From IMG/VR virus record IMGVR_UViG_3300037722_000170, positions 1 to 37,771 of that record: a DNA stretch of 37,771 nucleotides; one strand, 5' to 3'. The notes under the pieces were generated by a model. It did no database searches, was not told the DNA's origin, and saw only the letters and a program-made list of their open reading frames with translations. The stretch is from a virus (lineage: Duplodnaviria; Caudoviricetes). Shown here piece by piece: positions 15,283-24,775 of this stretch. The translations under genes were made by a program, and so were the position numbers. Position 1 is the stretch's first letter, and each line of letters begins with the position of its first letter.

Positions 15283-15423
15283 ATGATTATTTGGTTAAAA
15301 AATAATTGGAAAACGCTAATAACGTTTACTTTTGTCTTAGTCTTTCTTATTTTAGTAAACGTTGTATTAGATATTCTACTAGGTTACGACAGCCGACCAG
15401 AGCTAGGAAGCTGGATACATTAA
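15283..15423 (+). CDS. 46-aa single-TM peptide, candidate superinfection exclusion protein (not in ORF track)
   Basis: MIIWLKNNWKTLITFTFVLVFLILVNVVLDILLGYDSRPELGSWIH*; has its own promoter; its stop overlaps the stop of the 1505-aa gene. Confidence 0.65.
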   Translation: MIIWLKNNWKTLITFTFVLVFLILVNVVLDILLGYDSRPELGSWIH

Positions 15424-18400
15424 AAACTAATAGACGGAATGTCTACGCTAGGAATATCAACGCTTGGGATATTCACGCTAGGAATTTCAATTCCTGACTC
15501 ACCTTTTGATTCCTCGTCTCCTAGAGCGTATTCAGAAAATATAATTGACCTAGGATCATCTGTCTTACCAGTTATAAAGCTAGCTAGTCCTTTTGTTTGT
15601 CTAATCGCTGGATCTGTTGGAACTCCTGTAAACTGTCCTCCAACAATAGCCATATCTTCAATCGTTTTCCACACGTCTTCTTGCGTCATATCTTGGCCTC
15701 GGATTTTCTTAATTGCTCGTGCTAAAGTAGTCGCTAGTTTTCCACTAATTGTAAGAGGAGGAGGGGCAGATGAAGAAAAAACATCATCTCCTGTAAAAGC
15801 TCTTACAACATCTTCTAGGTTTTCACCAACAACAGGTATTCCATTTAATGGCCCAAGAATTACAGCTCTTGCTTGTCTTTTTGGATCTACTCTAAATCCA
15901 TCAGATACGAACTGAAATATCGATGGTAAAACAACCCATGAAATAACAAGGTTTCTTAAATTGATACTTTTACTTCCCACTCTATATCTTAAGTTTCTCA
16001 AGCTCCTACTTGCCATTCTGTAATATTGATTTGGTGCTGTTAAAAACATAGTAAACAGTTTTCCAAAGGACCCTCCCGTTGTTTGCAGGCGTGCTAAGTT
16101 TTCTATTTCTCCTGCCTGCTGTGTTCTTACCGTTACTCTTTCAAATATTCTTAGCGCTTCTTTGTGAGCTTCTATACGCGACACTCCTTTTTTTATTAAG
16201 TTATCAAAGTTTGACTTATAAATAGCCCATCCTCCCTGTAAAATAGCACCTCTGTCTCCTGATCGAACAGTTATCATTGTCTTATTTAAAAAACTATCCT
16301 TACCTGCTAATACTCTTTTTGCAGTACCCTGCCTCATTAACTGCTTAATATCACGCTCCATATTAGAATACCTAGCTTTCATCATCTCAGACTTCATTAG
16401 GGTTCTTGTGTTCTTTATAGGGTTTTTCCAAAAGCTAGTTTGAAGTTTAAAAAACTCTCCTGTTCCTTTAATCGCACCCCCGGGCATCTCTGTAATATAA
16501 GCTGGAATTGAAGCAAGCTGTTTTAAAGTAACAGTAGGATTTAATCCAAGAACGGCTCTTGTAAAATTACCTCGGAGAGTATCTAAAAATCTAACCGTAG
16601 CGGCCGCATCTATTCCGTCACGAGCAATATTATCTATTAGATGATTAACGTTTCTTAAAATATCCGATCCATGTTTTTCAGTAATAGTTGCTCTAATTGA
16701 TGGATCTTTAAAGAACCCTCTCCATGTTCTAATTGTTTCATCAAACGCTTTAAAATGCTCCATTTCCGTAAAGTGAGATATTAAAACACTATCTCCATCT
16801 ACAAACTCTAGTCCGTGAACGTTCTTAACACGAGACTTTAAACTACCGGGAATATTAGAGGCCATGTGATATGCGTTATCAAGCAACGACTTCTCTGCAT
16901 CTAGATAAATATCTACCGTACTTCGCCTTATAGGAGAATAAGCTTCTCTTGCAGAAAATGGCATGTTAAACCTTGTCTCATAAATTGGAGCGATTGTTTT
17001 ACCATATTTTGGATAAAATTCATTAAGCTGCCACTCAGCCCATGCTTTTAGCTTCGGGTTTTTACTCATATAGTCGTTTATAAACTTAAACTGTTCATCT
17101 CCCCAGCCCATAGCTTTGAAAGTTGCCTCAAGCGTTGGATCTTGCATCTCCATCCATTTTTTGTATATTTGATTTGGACTAAGGTTTCGGCTTTGATTTC
17201 CTACCTTAAAAACAACTGTTTCTTTTTTATTATCGTTAACAATTTTTGCTAACTTTCTACCCTCCTCTTTCCAAATTCTTTGAAAGTTAGACTGTATCTC
17301 CTCGGTCCAAACCCTCAATCCTTTGTTTTGAGCCTGTCTTGAGTTGTGTACCAACTCTCCTAGTTTTTTATTTAAGAATCCATCAAGGCGCCCTGTGTTA
17401 GCTTTATCAAAAATAGACAACTTATCAAGCAAAGTATCTACACCCTGAAGCCAATTATCAACCGTATGTAATGCGCCTCTGATACCCTTATACGGCTCAA
17501 CAATACCTATTCCTGCTACTTTTGGATCTATCGCACCACCTAACGCAGTCAATCCTTCTTTTACTGTTGCTGTTTGTTCTTTTAGTCGTTTTATAGCTTT
17601 TATCTCGTTTATCGTTCTTCCTTGAGTTTTTAATATCCGAACATTGGCTAGCGTTTGTGCTAATCCTGTTTGAGTAAAACCAGTATTTCCTCGACTTAAT
17701 CCTCCAGCCATTCTTAATATATCAATCTTTCGCGCAATCTCTGGAGTCATATTATCAACATTAGCTATAGCAAGATCTGACGCTTCAGCAAGAGCCTCTG
17801 ACCTTTTTATTCTAAACGCTGATTTTATTTCATCTAATGTTCTTTGTGTTTCTGCCGTAAACTTTCCACGAGAGATACCCGGACCTTTAAACGGTTTTAT
17901 TGTTTTTAACTCTTTAACCACTCTATATCTTAAGTTTCTAACAGTAGATGCCGACTCTAGTCTATCAATCCTCTCTACTATTCTTGGTAATGCACGCTGT
18001 AATTGTTCGCGAGTTTGAACGTTTTTAATACTAGATAAAAATTTACCCTTGTCTTTAAGGTCAAGACTAGACTCTCTTATAAGTTTTGTTATTTGTTTTT
18101 GTGTTTCTGCAATCTGTCTTTTTGTAGAAATGGTACCCTCTCTAACTCCTTGCATAAATGTTTTTACCTGACCGCTTAAGCTTCGGGCTTTAATTATTTC
18201 TGCAGGGATTTTTGCTGTAGCCTGTAGTTTCGTTGGAAGAGACAGAGCATACTCTAGTGCTTCAACATCTGACATATCTATTCCATGAATATCAGTCTGC
18301 TTTGCTTCTCTAACGGACTCAACAACTCTATCAACTAACTTTGGATTTGCTTTTCTTAAAGTCTCAATATCTCCCTCAATAAATGCTTTTGACCGAGACA

Positions 18401-19937
18401 TTGTTTTTAATTTGTTTATATCGGCAATTTCTGACTTTGAGAAAAGATCGCGCTCTAACCTCGCAGCTTCAGCTGATACTTGCGACTCCTCTAGAGCTTC
18501 TGCTCCAGCTTTCTCTAAATCTGCTTTCTTTTGTACTGGTGTTTTTCTAGGCTCTACTTTTTTTACAGTTTTTCCCGCTCCTTTATAAATATCTTCAAGC
18601 GTACTTAATCCTTCAATTTGTCCTTTCCTCACAACAACCGGAGCCTCAAGTCCTATCTCTTGATAAGCTTTTCCCGTATTGCTTCCATCTATTGTTATTA
18701 TCTTTCCATCAACAACTTCAACTTGTAAAGGGTCTAATTTCTTTCCACTTTGAATTGCTTTAACTTTTTCTGCTACAACAACAGGGTCTGTTGGATCTCT
18801 TAGAACTATTTTTTTAGAATCTACTAAACCAAACTGTTGAGTTGGCTTTGCTTCAAATTCTGCTTTTGCAAAATCAGACGCAGAGGTATATTTTCTTGCC
18901 TCTACTTTAAGAGCATCTAAGCCTGTGTCTGCGGTTTTAGTGGCTGACCTAATTACGCTTTTACTACCATCTAAATTAAGATTATTTGCCTTATTCCACG
19001 CTAAAGTTAAGTCTCCAATTTCTGTGTTTTTAAGAATGTCTTTAACCTCACTATATCCCTTACCCGTAATAAACTCGTTAAATTCTTGTTTAGTTTTAAA
19101 TCTTTTAGCGATTCTTGCTAACGCATCAATAGGGGCTTCTTTTCCTCCTTTAAGTTTTGCAACTTGTGTCTTTAGAGCATCCTGTTCTTTAACTATTCCA
19201 GTTAATACACTTTCAATCTCTTTAGGATTATTTGCTTTAACAAACCCTTCAGCAACAGCAAGAAGCTCATCATCTCCACCTTTGAAAACATTTTTTAATT
19301 CTTTAACAATAAGCTGTAAGTCTGTAGTTTTTGCGATATTTTTAGAGACTGCACCAATTCCTTTAGCCGTTATCTTAAAAGGCGGGATAACATCTAGCGT
19401 TGCAAAGGCAATAGCAAGAGGAATAGATAACTCTTCCGCCCTCTCCTCACTTGCTCCAAAGGATATAGCCGCTCTCCTAACCTCTTCTTTGTAATCATAA
19501 ATAGGCTCATCTCCAAATAATATCTTCTCTATTTTTGATTCAGGGACAAATTCTTTTGGCTTACCATCGGTTAATATCCTGTCAAGCGATGCGGCCATTC
19601 TAACTCCAATGTTTGTAGATATCTCCCTAGCAAGTGTTTCTCCAGTCTTTTTTAATTTCTTAGGATCTGCGGCAAACCTACCTACCTTTTGAAAGACCTC
19701 TTTAGCCGTCTCTATAAAAAGCCCTGCTGGACTATTTAACCACTTAGCTTTCTCGCTGGAATCAAGCGCTCTTTGTTGAGCCTCACGTAGTCTTTTTTTT
19801 TGCTCTTCATCCTGACTGCTAAAAGACGATAGATTAAGATTTTCAGTAGAGCTTTGTTTAAACGCTCTTAAATTTAACCCCTGTGATTGTGCCTCTAGCT
19901 TCGGTTGCTTACCAAACGCCTGAAGATTTAATACCAT
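15420..19937 (-). CDS. Large internal virion/DNA ejection protein (polyvalent-protein-like)
   Basis: 1505 aa, helical, last of three genes after the tail module; degenerate ParB-like segment; hydrophobic C-terminal helices. Confidence 0.7.
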   Translation of the reverse strand: MVLNLQAFGKQPKLEAQSQGLNLRAFKQSSTENLNLSSFSSQDEEQKKRLREAQQRALDSSEKAKWLNSPAGLFIETAKEVFQKVGRFAADPKKLKKTGETLAREISTNIGVRMAASLDRILTDGKPKEFVPESKIEKILFGDEPIYDYKEEVRRAAISFGASEERAEELSIPLAIAFATLDVIPPFKITAKGIGAVSKNIAKTTDLQLIVKELKNVFKGGDDELLAVAEGFVKANNPKEIESVLTGIVKEQDALKTQVAKLKGGKEAPIDALARIAKRFKTKQEFNEFITGKGYSEVKDILKNTEIGDLTLAWNKANNLNLDGSKSVIRSATKTADTGLDALKVEARKYTSASDFAKAEFEAKPTQQFGLVDSKKIVLRDPTDPVVVAEKVKAIQSGKKLDPLQVEVVDGKIITIDGSNTGKAYQEIGLEAPVVVRKGQIEGLSTLEDIYKGAGKTVKKVEPRKTPVQKKADLEKAGAEALEESQVSAEAARLERDLFSKSEIADINKLKTMSRSKAFIEGDIETLRKANPKLVDRVVESVREAKQTDIHGIDMSDVEALEYALSLPTKLQATAKIPAEIIKARSLSGQVKTFMQGVREGTISTKRQIAETQKQITKLIRESSLDLKDKGKFLSSIKNVQTREQLQRALPRIVERIDRLESASTVRNLRYRVVKELKTIKPFKGPGISRGKFTAETQRTLDEIKSAFRIKRSEALAEASDLAIANVDNMTPEIARKIDILRMAGGLSRGNTGFTQTGLAQTLANVRILKTQGRTINEIKAIKRLKEQTATVKEGLTALGGAIDPKVAGIGIVEPYKGIRGALHTVDNWLQGVDTLLDKLSIFDKANTGRLDGFLNKKLGELVHNSRQAQNKGLRVWTEEIQSNFQRIWKEEGRKLAKIVNDNKKETVVFKVGNQSRNLSPNQIYKKWMEMQDPTLEATFKAMGWGDEQFKFINDYMSKNPKLKAWAEWQLNEFYPKYGKTIAPIYETRFNMPFSAREAYSPIRRSTVDIYLDAEKSLLDNAYHMASNIPGSLKSRVKNVHGLEFVDGDSVLISHFTEMEHFKAFDETIRTWRGFFKDPSIRATITEKHGSDILRNVNHLIDNIARDGIDAAATVRFLDTLRGNFTRAVLGLNPTVTLKQLASIPAYITEMPGGAIKGTGEFFKLQTSFWKNPIKNTRTLMKSEMMKARYSNMERDIKQLMRQGTAKRVLAGKDSFLNKTMITVRSGDRGAILQGGWAIYKSNFDNLIKKGVSRIEAHKEALRIFERVTVRTQQAGEIENLARLQTTGGSFGKLFTMFLTAPNQYYRMASRSLRNLRYRVGSKSINLRNLVISWVVLPSIFQFVSDGFRVDPKRQARAVILGPLNGIPVVGENLEDVVRAFTGDDVFSSSAPPPLTISGKLATTLARAIKKIRGQDMTQEDVWKTIEDMAIVGGQFTGVPTDPAIRQTKGLASFITGKTDDPRSIIFSEYALGDEESKGESGIEIPSVNIPSVDIPSVDIPSISF

Positions 19938-19939
19938 AG

Positions 19940-20782
19940 TTATTTCCCTCCCGGTAATAATCGTTGAAGTAAGGTTCTACCTTGTTTTTTACCCTCTTTT
20001 TCAGGAAACTCCTCGTCTATTAACTCTTTTATTCTACTAATTTGTCTGCTTGATAACGTCTTTTCTTTATCATTTATTTTAATCTTACCAACATCTATTT
20101 GAGATTTTGCTTTTTCGACTCCTTCTTCTTTCTTCCCAAAAAAACCCGTATTCTTTTTAACCAAATTTACTGCAATAGCCTTAAGATTTTCCTCTGTTAA
20201 GCCCTCCTCTTTAATAACTCCTGCCTCACTAAGTAGTGAGCTTACATCTGTCACATCAAGGTTGGTATGTTGTCTAATTGCAAGTTTAAGCTCGTCTATG
20301 GAAGCGTCTGGGTTATCTGCTATAAAACCTTTTGCCTTTGCAAAATTTTCTTGTTTTATCTCCTCATCAGTTAAATCTCCCTTACCCGTTACCAAATCGT
20401 AAACGTCCCCAATTTCTGTTAACGCTTTAATGCTTTTAACCCCTGACTGAAAGGCAAACTGCATTACCTCTTGCTTGCTTCGTCCACCAAAGGGATCTAC
20501 GTTATCTTGAGGGAATACTTCCTCTTCCTCTTCTGACAAAACGCCCTCTGCTACTAATTGATTTGTTATTTTATTATCTACCGTTTCGTCTGTTTGTGCG
20601 GTTAATACTTGCTTCTTTTTCTCTAACCCTTTCATTATCTGATCCTCTGTCAACCCCGCGGACTTAGCTTTCTTTACAAAATATTCATCTTCTGGATTAA
20701 CAGAAAAAGTACCCTTTTTCTTTATATCTTTTAATATATTTGGCGGTGCGTTTGTTTGTAAGTTTCTATTTATTATTACCAT
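19940..20782 (-). CDS. Putative ejection/internal virion protein
   Basis: Gene position; start reassigned to ATG 20782 (TAACTATG junction). Confidence 0.55.
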   Translation of the reverse strand: MVIINRNLQTNAPPNILKDIKKKGTFSVNPEDEYFVKKAKSAGLTEDQIMKGLEKKKQVLTAQTDETVDNKITNQLVAEGVLSEEEEEVFPQDNVDPFGGRSKQEVMQFAFQSGVKSIKALTEIGDVYDLVTGKGDLTDEEIKQENFAKAKGFIADNPDASIDELKLAIRQHTNLDVTDVSSLLSEAGVIKEEGLTEENLKAIAVNLVKKNTGFFGKKEEGVEKAKSQIDVGKIKINDKEKTLSSRQISRIKELIDEEFPEKEGKKQGRTLLQRLLPGGK

Positions 20783-20784
20783 AG

Positions 20785-22125
20785 TTATAACATCCTCCAG
20801 CCTTGTCTTGTGTATTCCCAAATTATACCTGTCTTTGGATCAACCCAAATAGCACCAACTCCACCGGCTGGGGTAAATTGTGGACCCGCTACTGTCTTTT
20901 TTGTAGACGTTCCTGTCGTATTAAAAATGTCCTCAAATAACTCTAAAAAGTCTGTTGCGCTATCTGTTGAGGTTTTAGCTTCGGCTTTAATCTTAAAGTA
21001 ATGAACTTGTCCTCTTGAATCTGTAAATGATGAAAGTTGAGCTGATGGGACTGTCGATGGGTCATATACCGAAGTTGCACCCTCTAAAGTAAATTCGTTT
21101 GTCATATCTCGTACTTCTTTTAGATAAGAGGCTTGAGTTAATTTACTGTTAATCTGATCAACTGAGTCGTTAAGAGATATCCCTGCCTCACCCATAAGAG
21201 AGGCGGTTGCTGGATTTATCATAAGTTGTTTAACATAATCAGCCGTTGCTTGCGCTCTTTCTAAGTCGCCTTTCAAAAGACCAAGCTGTTCTCTTGCTAT
21301 TTCTTTAGAATCATTGTCAAGTGATAATATATCTTGTCTATTAAGGGTTAAAATCGTATTGTAGTATGATATTTGGTCCGCTCTGTCTTGAGATATTGCA
21401 TTTACCGATCTATCAATCATATTCTGCGCCTGACCTATTTGGCCGTTTCTTGCATTTATTACAGCCTCAATAACTCCCGCTCTTGCCGCAACATCACTCA
21501 TAGCCTTTTGAATACGAGGATTTCGAATAGCCGCAAGTCCTGTTATATCCTGTTGTTGACGAATTAGCTCATTACCCTCGGTTAAAAGTTGATCTAACTC
21601 ATCAACTAATTTTTGATTCTCTTCAAAGTTTTGATTTATAAATAATCGCTCGCGCTCTGCTGTTTCAAGCTCTTCTCTAAATGGAGTTGTCAATTCCCCG
21701 ACTTTTTCTAAAGTTTGAGACTCTTTTTCTCGAAGTGTTACTAGTTTTGCATCTGCCTCTGCTTTTTTAGTAGCAAGTTCTTTTTCAAGAGCAGCTCTTG
21801 CTTTCTCAACTTCAGCTGAAAGACCTGACACAAACTGACTTCCTGCATTTTGAGAAAAAGGAATTTGCACAGGAGAGTGTATCCCACTTCCTAAGAACTG
21901 ATCAAATTGTTGAACAGATACTCCCTGTTGTGCGGCAGATTGTGCGTTTACCTCAGCAGATACCATTGTACCTGCGTCTTGTTGGTTTGATGAAGGATGA
22001 ATTTGGCCAGGTTGACTTAATGTTCCACCCCATAGCTGTTGTCCGTCAAACCAGCCACCTTCAGAACCAGTTACTATTTTTCCACTACTTAACTTTATTT
22101 GATTACCGCCAAGTACTTGTGCCAT
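20785..22125 (-). CDS. Putative ejection (pilot) protein, coiled-coil
   Basis: Q/A/E-rich helical sequence; first gene of the ejection trio. Confidence 0.6.
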   Translation of the reverse strand: MAQVLGGNQIKLSSGKIVTGSEGGWFDGQQLWGGTLSQPGQIHPSSNQQDAGTMVSAEVNAQSAAQQGVSVQQFDQFLGSGIHSPVQIPFSQNAGSQFVSGLSAEVEKARAALEKELATKKAEADAKLVTLREKESQTLEKVGELTTPFREELETAERERLFINQNFEENQKLVDELDQLLTEGNELIRQQQDITGLAAIRNPRIQKAMSDVAARAGVIEAVINARNGQIGQAQNMIDRSVNAISQDRADQISYYNTILTLNRQDILSLDNDSKEIAREQLGLLKGDLERAQATADYVKQLMINPATASLMGEAGISLNDSVDQINSKLTQASYLKEVRDMTNEFTLEGATSVYDPSTVPSAQLSSFTDSRGQVHYFKIKAEAKTSTDSATDFLELFEDIFNTTGTSTKKTVAGPQFTPAGGVGAIWVDPKTGIIWEYTRQGWRML

Positions 22126-22634
22126 TAGATACTACCTCCAATTCTATTTAAATTTGCATATTCTCCAAAATATTTTTTAGCCAACTGACCATATGCTTTG
22201 GAGGCTTCCTCTGGAGTTTCAAACATCCCTTTAAATATTCGTTTTCCCTCTACAACAATTTGTGCGCCCCACGGCTTACTGATGTTGTAAGGCTTGTTTT
22301 TATTAAGTTGCACAACGCCCCTATATCCACTTGTATTTGTTTGCCATTGTTTAGCATTTGCCTGATTTTGTGAGTTTGTAGCGATTCGTAAGTTGGCTTT
22401 TCTATTATCGAGTCTATTTCTGTTAATATGATCTAAATAAATACCAGCAGAGACTTTCATTATTGCCCTGTGCATTTTTACCATTTTTCTCTGTCTATTG
22501 CCATATTCGCTTTTTTGTTCGTGTCTGACAGCGTATCCTTTAGCATCGCAACACCATTTCCATTGATTTAACCACTCAAAATTTTCATCATCGACTATTG
22601 CGAATTTTCCTTGAGTTAGGAGTATTTTTTCCAT
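22125..22634 (-). CDS. HNH-AP2 homing endonuclease
   Basis: MHRAIM...DHINRNRLDNRKANLR (HNH) and NTSGYRGV...WGAQI...GMFETPEEASKAY (AP2). Confidence 0.93.
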   Translation of the reverse strand: MEKILLTQGKFAIVDDENFEWLNQWKWCCDAKGYAVRHEQKSEYGNRQRKMVKMHRAIMKVSAGIYLDHINRNRLDNRKANLRIATNSQNQANAKQWQTNTSGYRGVVQLNKNKPYNISKPWGAQIVVEGKRIFKGMFETPEEASKAYGQLAKKYFGEYANLNRIGGSI

Positions 22635-22675
22635 AGCGTTGTTTTTTTATAATCCACAACGCTTAATTTATTATA
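22635..22675 (-). promoter_or_regulatory. -10 box plus AAGCGTTGTG leader hairpin (copy 3)
   Basis: TATAAT AAATT AAGCGTTGTG...ACAACGCT ATG. Confidence 0.75.
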
Positions 22676-22681
22676 AACTAA

Positions 22682-23050
22682 TTATTTCTTTTTGACTAAT
22701 CTTTTTGTTTTAAGATTGACTTTATAATCATATATTTTAGACGATTGCTTATCAAGTTTGATAAATATATCCCTTTGAGGATGATCTGGTTCAAACTCTA
22801 CATTCTTTTCTTTTCTTTTTTTAGTACCAACTTGATGAGTTTCAGTAAATCCTTCATCGTCAACGTACTCTTCAAAAATAGGTTCTTCAATAATTATTAC
22901 TGTTTCTTTTCCTGTTGGTTTCCATTCAACAATAAGCCTATCAGTTTCATCCTTATCACCAACCCACATTTTTAAATGGTCAGAAGTATGTATCCTATCT
23001 TGAACAGTTCCAACAATATCTCCCGTTTTTTTATTAAAAAAAATTATCAT
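22682..23050 (-). CDS. Hypothetical tail-associated protein/chaperone
   Basis: MIIFFNKKTGDIVG start; last gene of the tail operon. Confidence 0.6.
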   Translation of the reverse strand: MIIFFNKKTGDIVGTVQDRIHTSDHLKMWVGDKDETDRLIVEWKPTGKETVIIIEEPIFEEYVDDEGFTETHQVGTKKRKEKNVEFEPDHPQRDIFIKLDKQSSKIYDYKVNLKTKRLVKKK

Positions 23051-23409
23051 TATGGTATAAAACTTCTAGTAAAAATTATAATTTTATAATAATTGCTTCC
23101 AAAACCACTATCTCTATGTAAGTGTATCACATTGTCAGTTATATAATAATCATAACCTGTACCAACCCCAGTAAGAACAGGAATCCTATTTCTAAAAGTA
23201 CTAGAAGAATTTGTAGCGTATAAAATCCAAACTTTAGGGACATAACCTAATCCATGAGTAATATCATCATCTGTATCTGTACCAGAAAATTGAAAAGTAA
23301 CAATTGAATATATCATGTGTGTTGCAAGTTCTGAACTAAAAATTAAATCTTTATTGCCTACAGTTAAAACATTCTTTGTAGTTTTTGATACTTTCATTAC
23401 TTGTGTCAT
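23050..23409 (-). CDS. Small tail protein, paralog 3
   Basis: VSK..NVL...LIFSS...HGLGYVP. Confidence 0.65.
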   Translation of the reverse strand: MTQVMKVSKTTKNVLTVGNKDLIFSSELATHMIYSIVTFQFSGTDTDDDITHGLGYVPKVWILYATNSSSTFRNRIPVLTGVGTGYDYYITDNVIHLHRDSGFGSNYYKIIIFTRSFIP

Positions 23410-23804
23410 CCTACATCCTCCTTAAAAATAAAGTAAAAACCTTCAACCGTTTCGCTTCCATTAGTAGGAGCACCAACTCGTATTTCAATTCTATCAGTAT
23501 GTAAGGTTGTAAAACCAAATATTTCTCCTCCTAACAAAATATCCCAACTATGTTGGTAGAACTTATTTGTTGTTACAGTTCCATCGTCTGCTACAAATTC
23601 AGAAAATACTATAGCAAACGCATAATAACCAAGATCATGTGTTATTGTCGTACCAACTGAACCTGCGGGGCTGTTTATAGAAAAAGTACCAGACGCATGT
23701 ACTTTTAAATGTGGGTAATCCGAATGAAAATAAAAATCATTTAAACTTAATGAACCATCTAAAACATTTTTTGTTGGTTTACTTACTAGTATTTTTTGTG
23801 CCAT
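23406..23804 (-). CDS. Small tail protein, paralog 2
   Basis: VSK..NVL...FHSD...HDLGY. Confidence 0.65.
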   Translation of the reverse strand: MAQKILVSKPTKNVLDGSLSLNDFYFHSDYPHLKVHASGTFSINSPAGSVGTTITHDLGYYAFAIVFSEFVADDGTVTTNKFYQHSWDILLGGEIFGFTTLHTDRIEIRVGAPTNGSETVEGFYFIFKEDVG

Positions 23805-23806
23805 AT

Positions 23807-24202
23807 TTAATTTCCTTCATAAAAAAACTCATATTGTAGTTCGATTGTTCTTGAAGAAGCGTTATCATTGAAAAAGTAAAATTTGAGATTTGTTGTATCT
23901 ACCTCTACAGAAACATTCAAATCTATAAGTGGTCTTGAAAGAATTTCTGCTGCTGGTTGACTCATAATAATAAACCAATTAGAATTTGCTGTGTTTCTAA
24001 AATAACCGAGAACTAAAGGAGAAATAGAAAGTCCATGAGCTACAGTTTCTGAAGTACTACTATTCCCAGATAAGGTTTTTTGTATAGTCCCCGATCCTGC
24101 AGTTTTTAACGAGTTTAAATCACTACTGAAAATTAGGTTTCTTGGATCGGTTTCAGTAAGGGCATTAAATGTTGCTTTACTAACAATAATTTTTTGTCCC
24201 AT
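23807..24202 (-). CDS. Small tail protein, paralog 1
   Basis: VSK..NAL...LIFSSD...HGLSISP. Confidence 0.65.
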   Translation of the reverse strand: MGQKIIVSKATFNALTETDPRNLIFSSDLNSLKTAGSGTIQKTLSGNSSTSETVAHGLSISPLVLGYFRNTANSNWFIIMSQPAAEILSRPLIDLNVSVEVDTTNLKFYFFNDNASSRTIELQYEFFYEGN

Positions 24203-24205
24203 ATT

Positions 24206-24775
24206 TTATACATTTCCAATAACAATTCTATTACTTGTTCCATCATTTACTAAAATTCTATTATTCCCCCCATCAATTCGCACAAAACCTGATCCTGAAC
24301 CAACAGTGACTATAGCTCCTAAAGTAGTGTTTGTACTTTGTAAAAGAGCATCTGCGGCTCTTTGATCATCTACCGCCTCCCATTCGCCTACAGCTATTTG
24401 ATCTGCCCCAACAGAGGCCGCTCTATAAACTTTATTATCATCATCTGTATCAAACCAAATATCGCCCTCTGATAAAGATGTGGGGATAGCATCTTGTTTG
24501 AAAACACTAATCGCCCCTCCTATTGTTGCAGACGAAGCAAAGACATTCCCATCCATATCAACTCTAAACGGAGCGCCTGTAAAATCAGCCTTTCCAAGCC
24601 ATATTCCGTTTTTATCACTACCAAACACGGCATCGCCATATCCTCTCTTAAAAACGTTAGAAAACATAGAAAGTCCGCCTTGTCTACCTCCCATCTCTGA
24701 TACAGCAGGTTCAAGCCGAAGCTCTTTATCTGCGCTAGATATCCTCATTTTTGGTGATAGGTCTTTTATTTTCAT
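24206..24775 (-). CDS. Tail tip/needle-like protein
   Basis: APFRVDMDG, EGDIWFDTDD and NRIVIG motifs, common in tail-tip proteins. Confidence 0.6.
   Translation of the reverse strand: MKIKDLSPKMRISSADKELRLEPAVSEMGGRQGGLSMFSNVFKRGYGDAVFGSDKNGIWLGKADFTGAPFRVDMDGNVFASSATIGGAISVFKQDAIPTSLSEGDIWFDTDDDNKVYRAASVGADQIAVGEWEAVDDQRAADALLQSTNTTLGAIVTVGSGSGFVRIDGGNNRILVNDGTSNRIVIGNV

Noticed and set aside
18268-18280. 13-nt complementarity between the 2623-2660 loop and the ejection gene mRNA
   Set aside because: A single short match at an internal Met in an AT-rich genome is plausibly chance.
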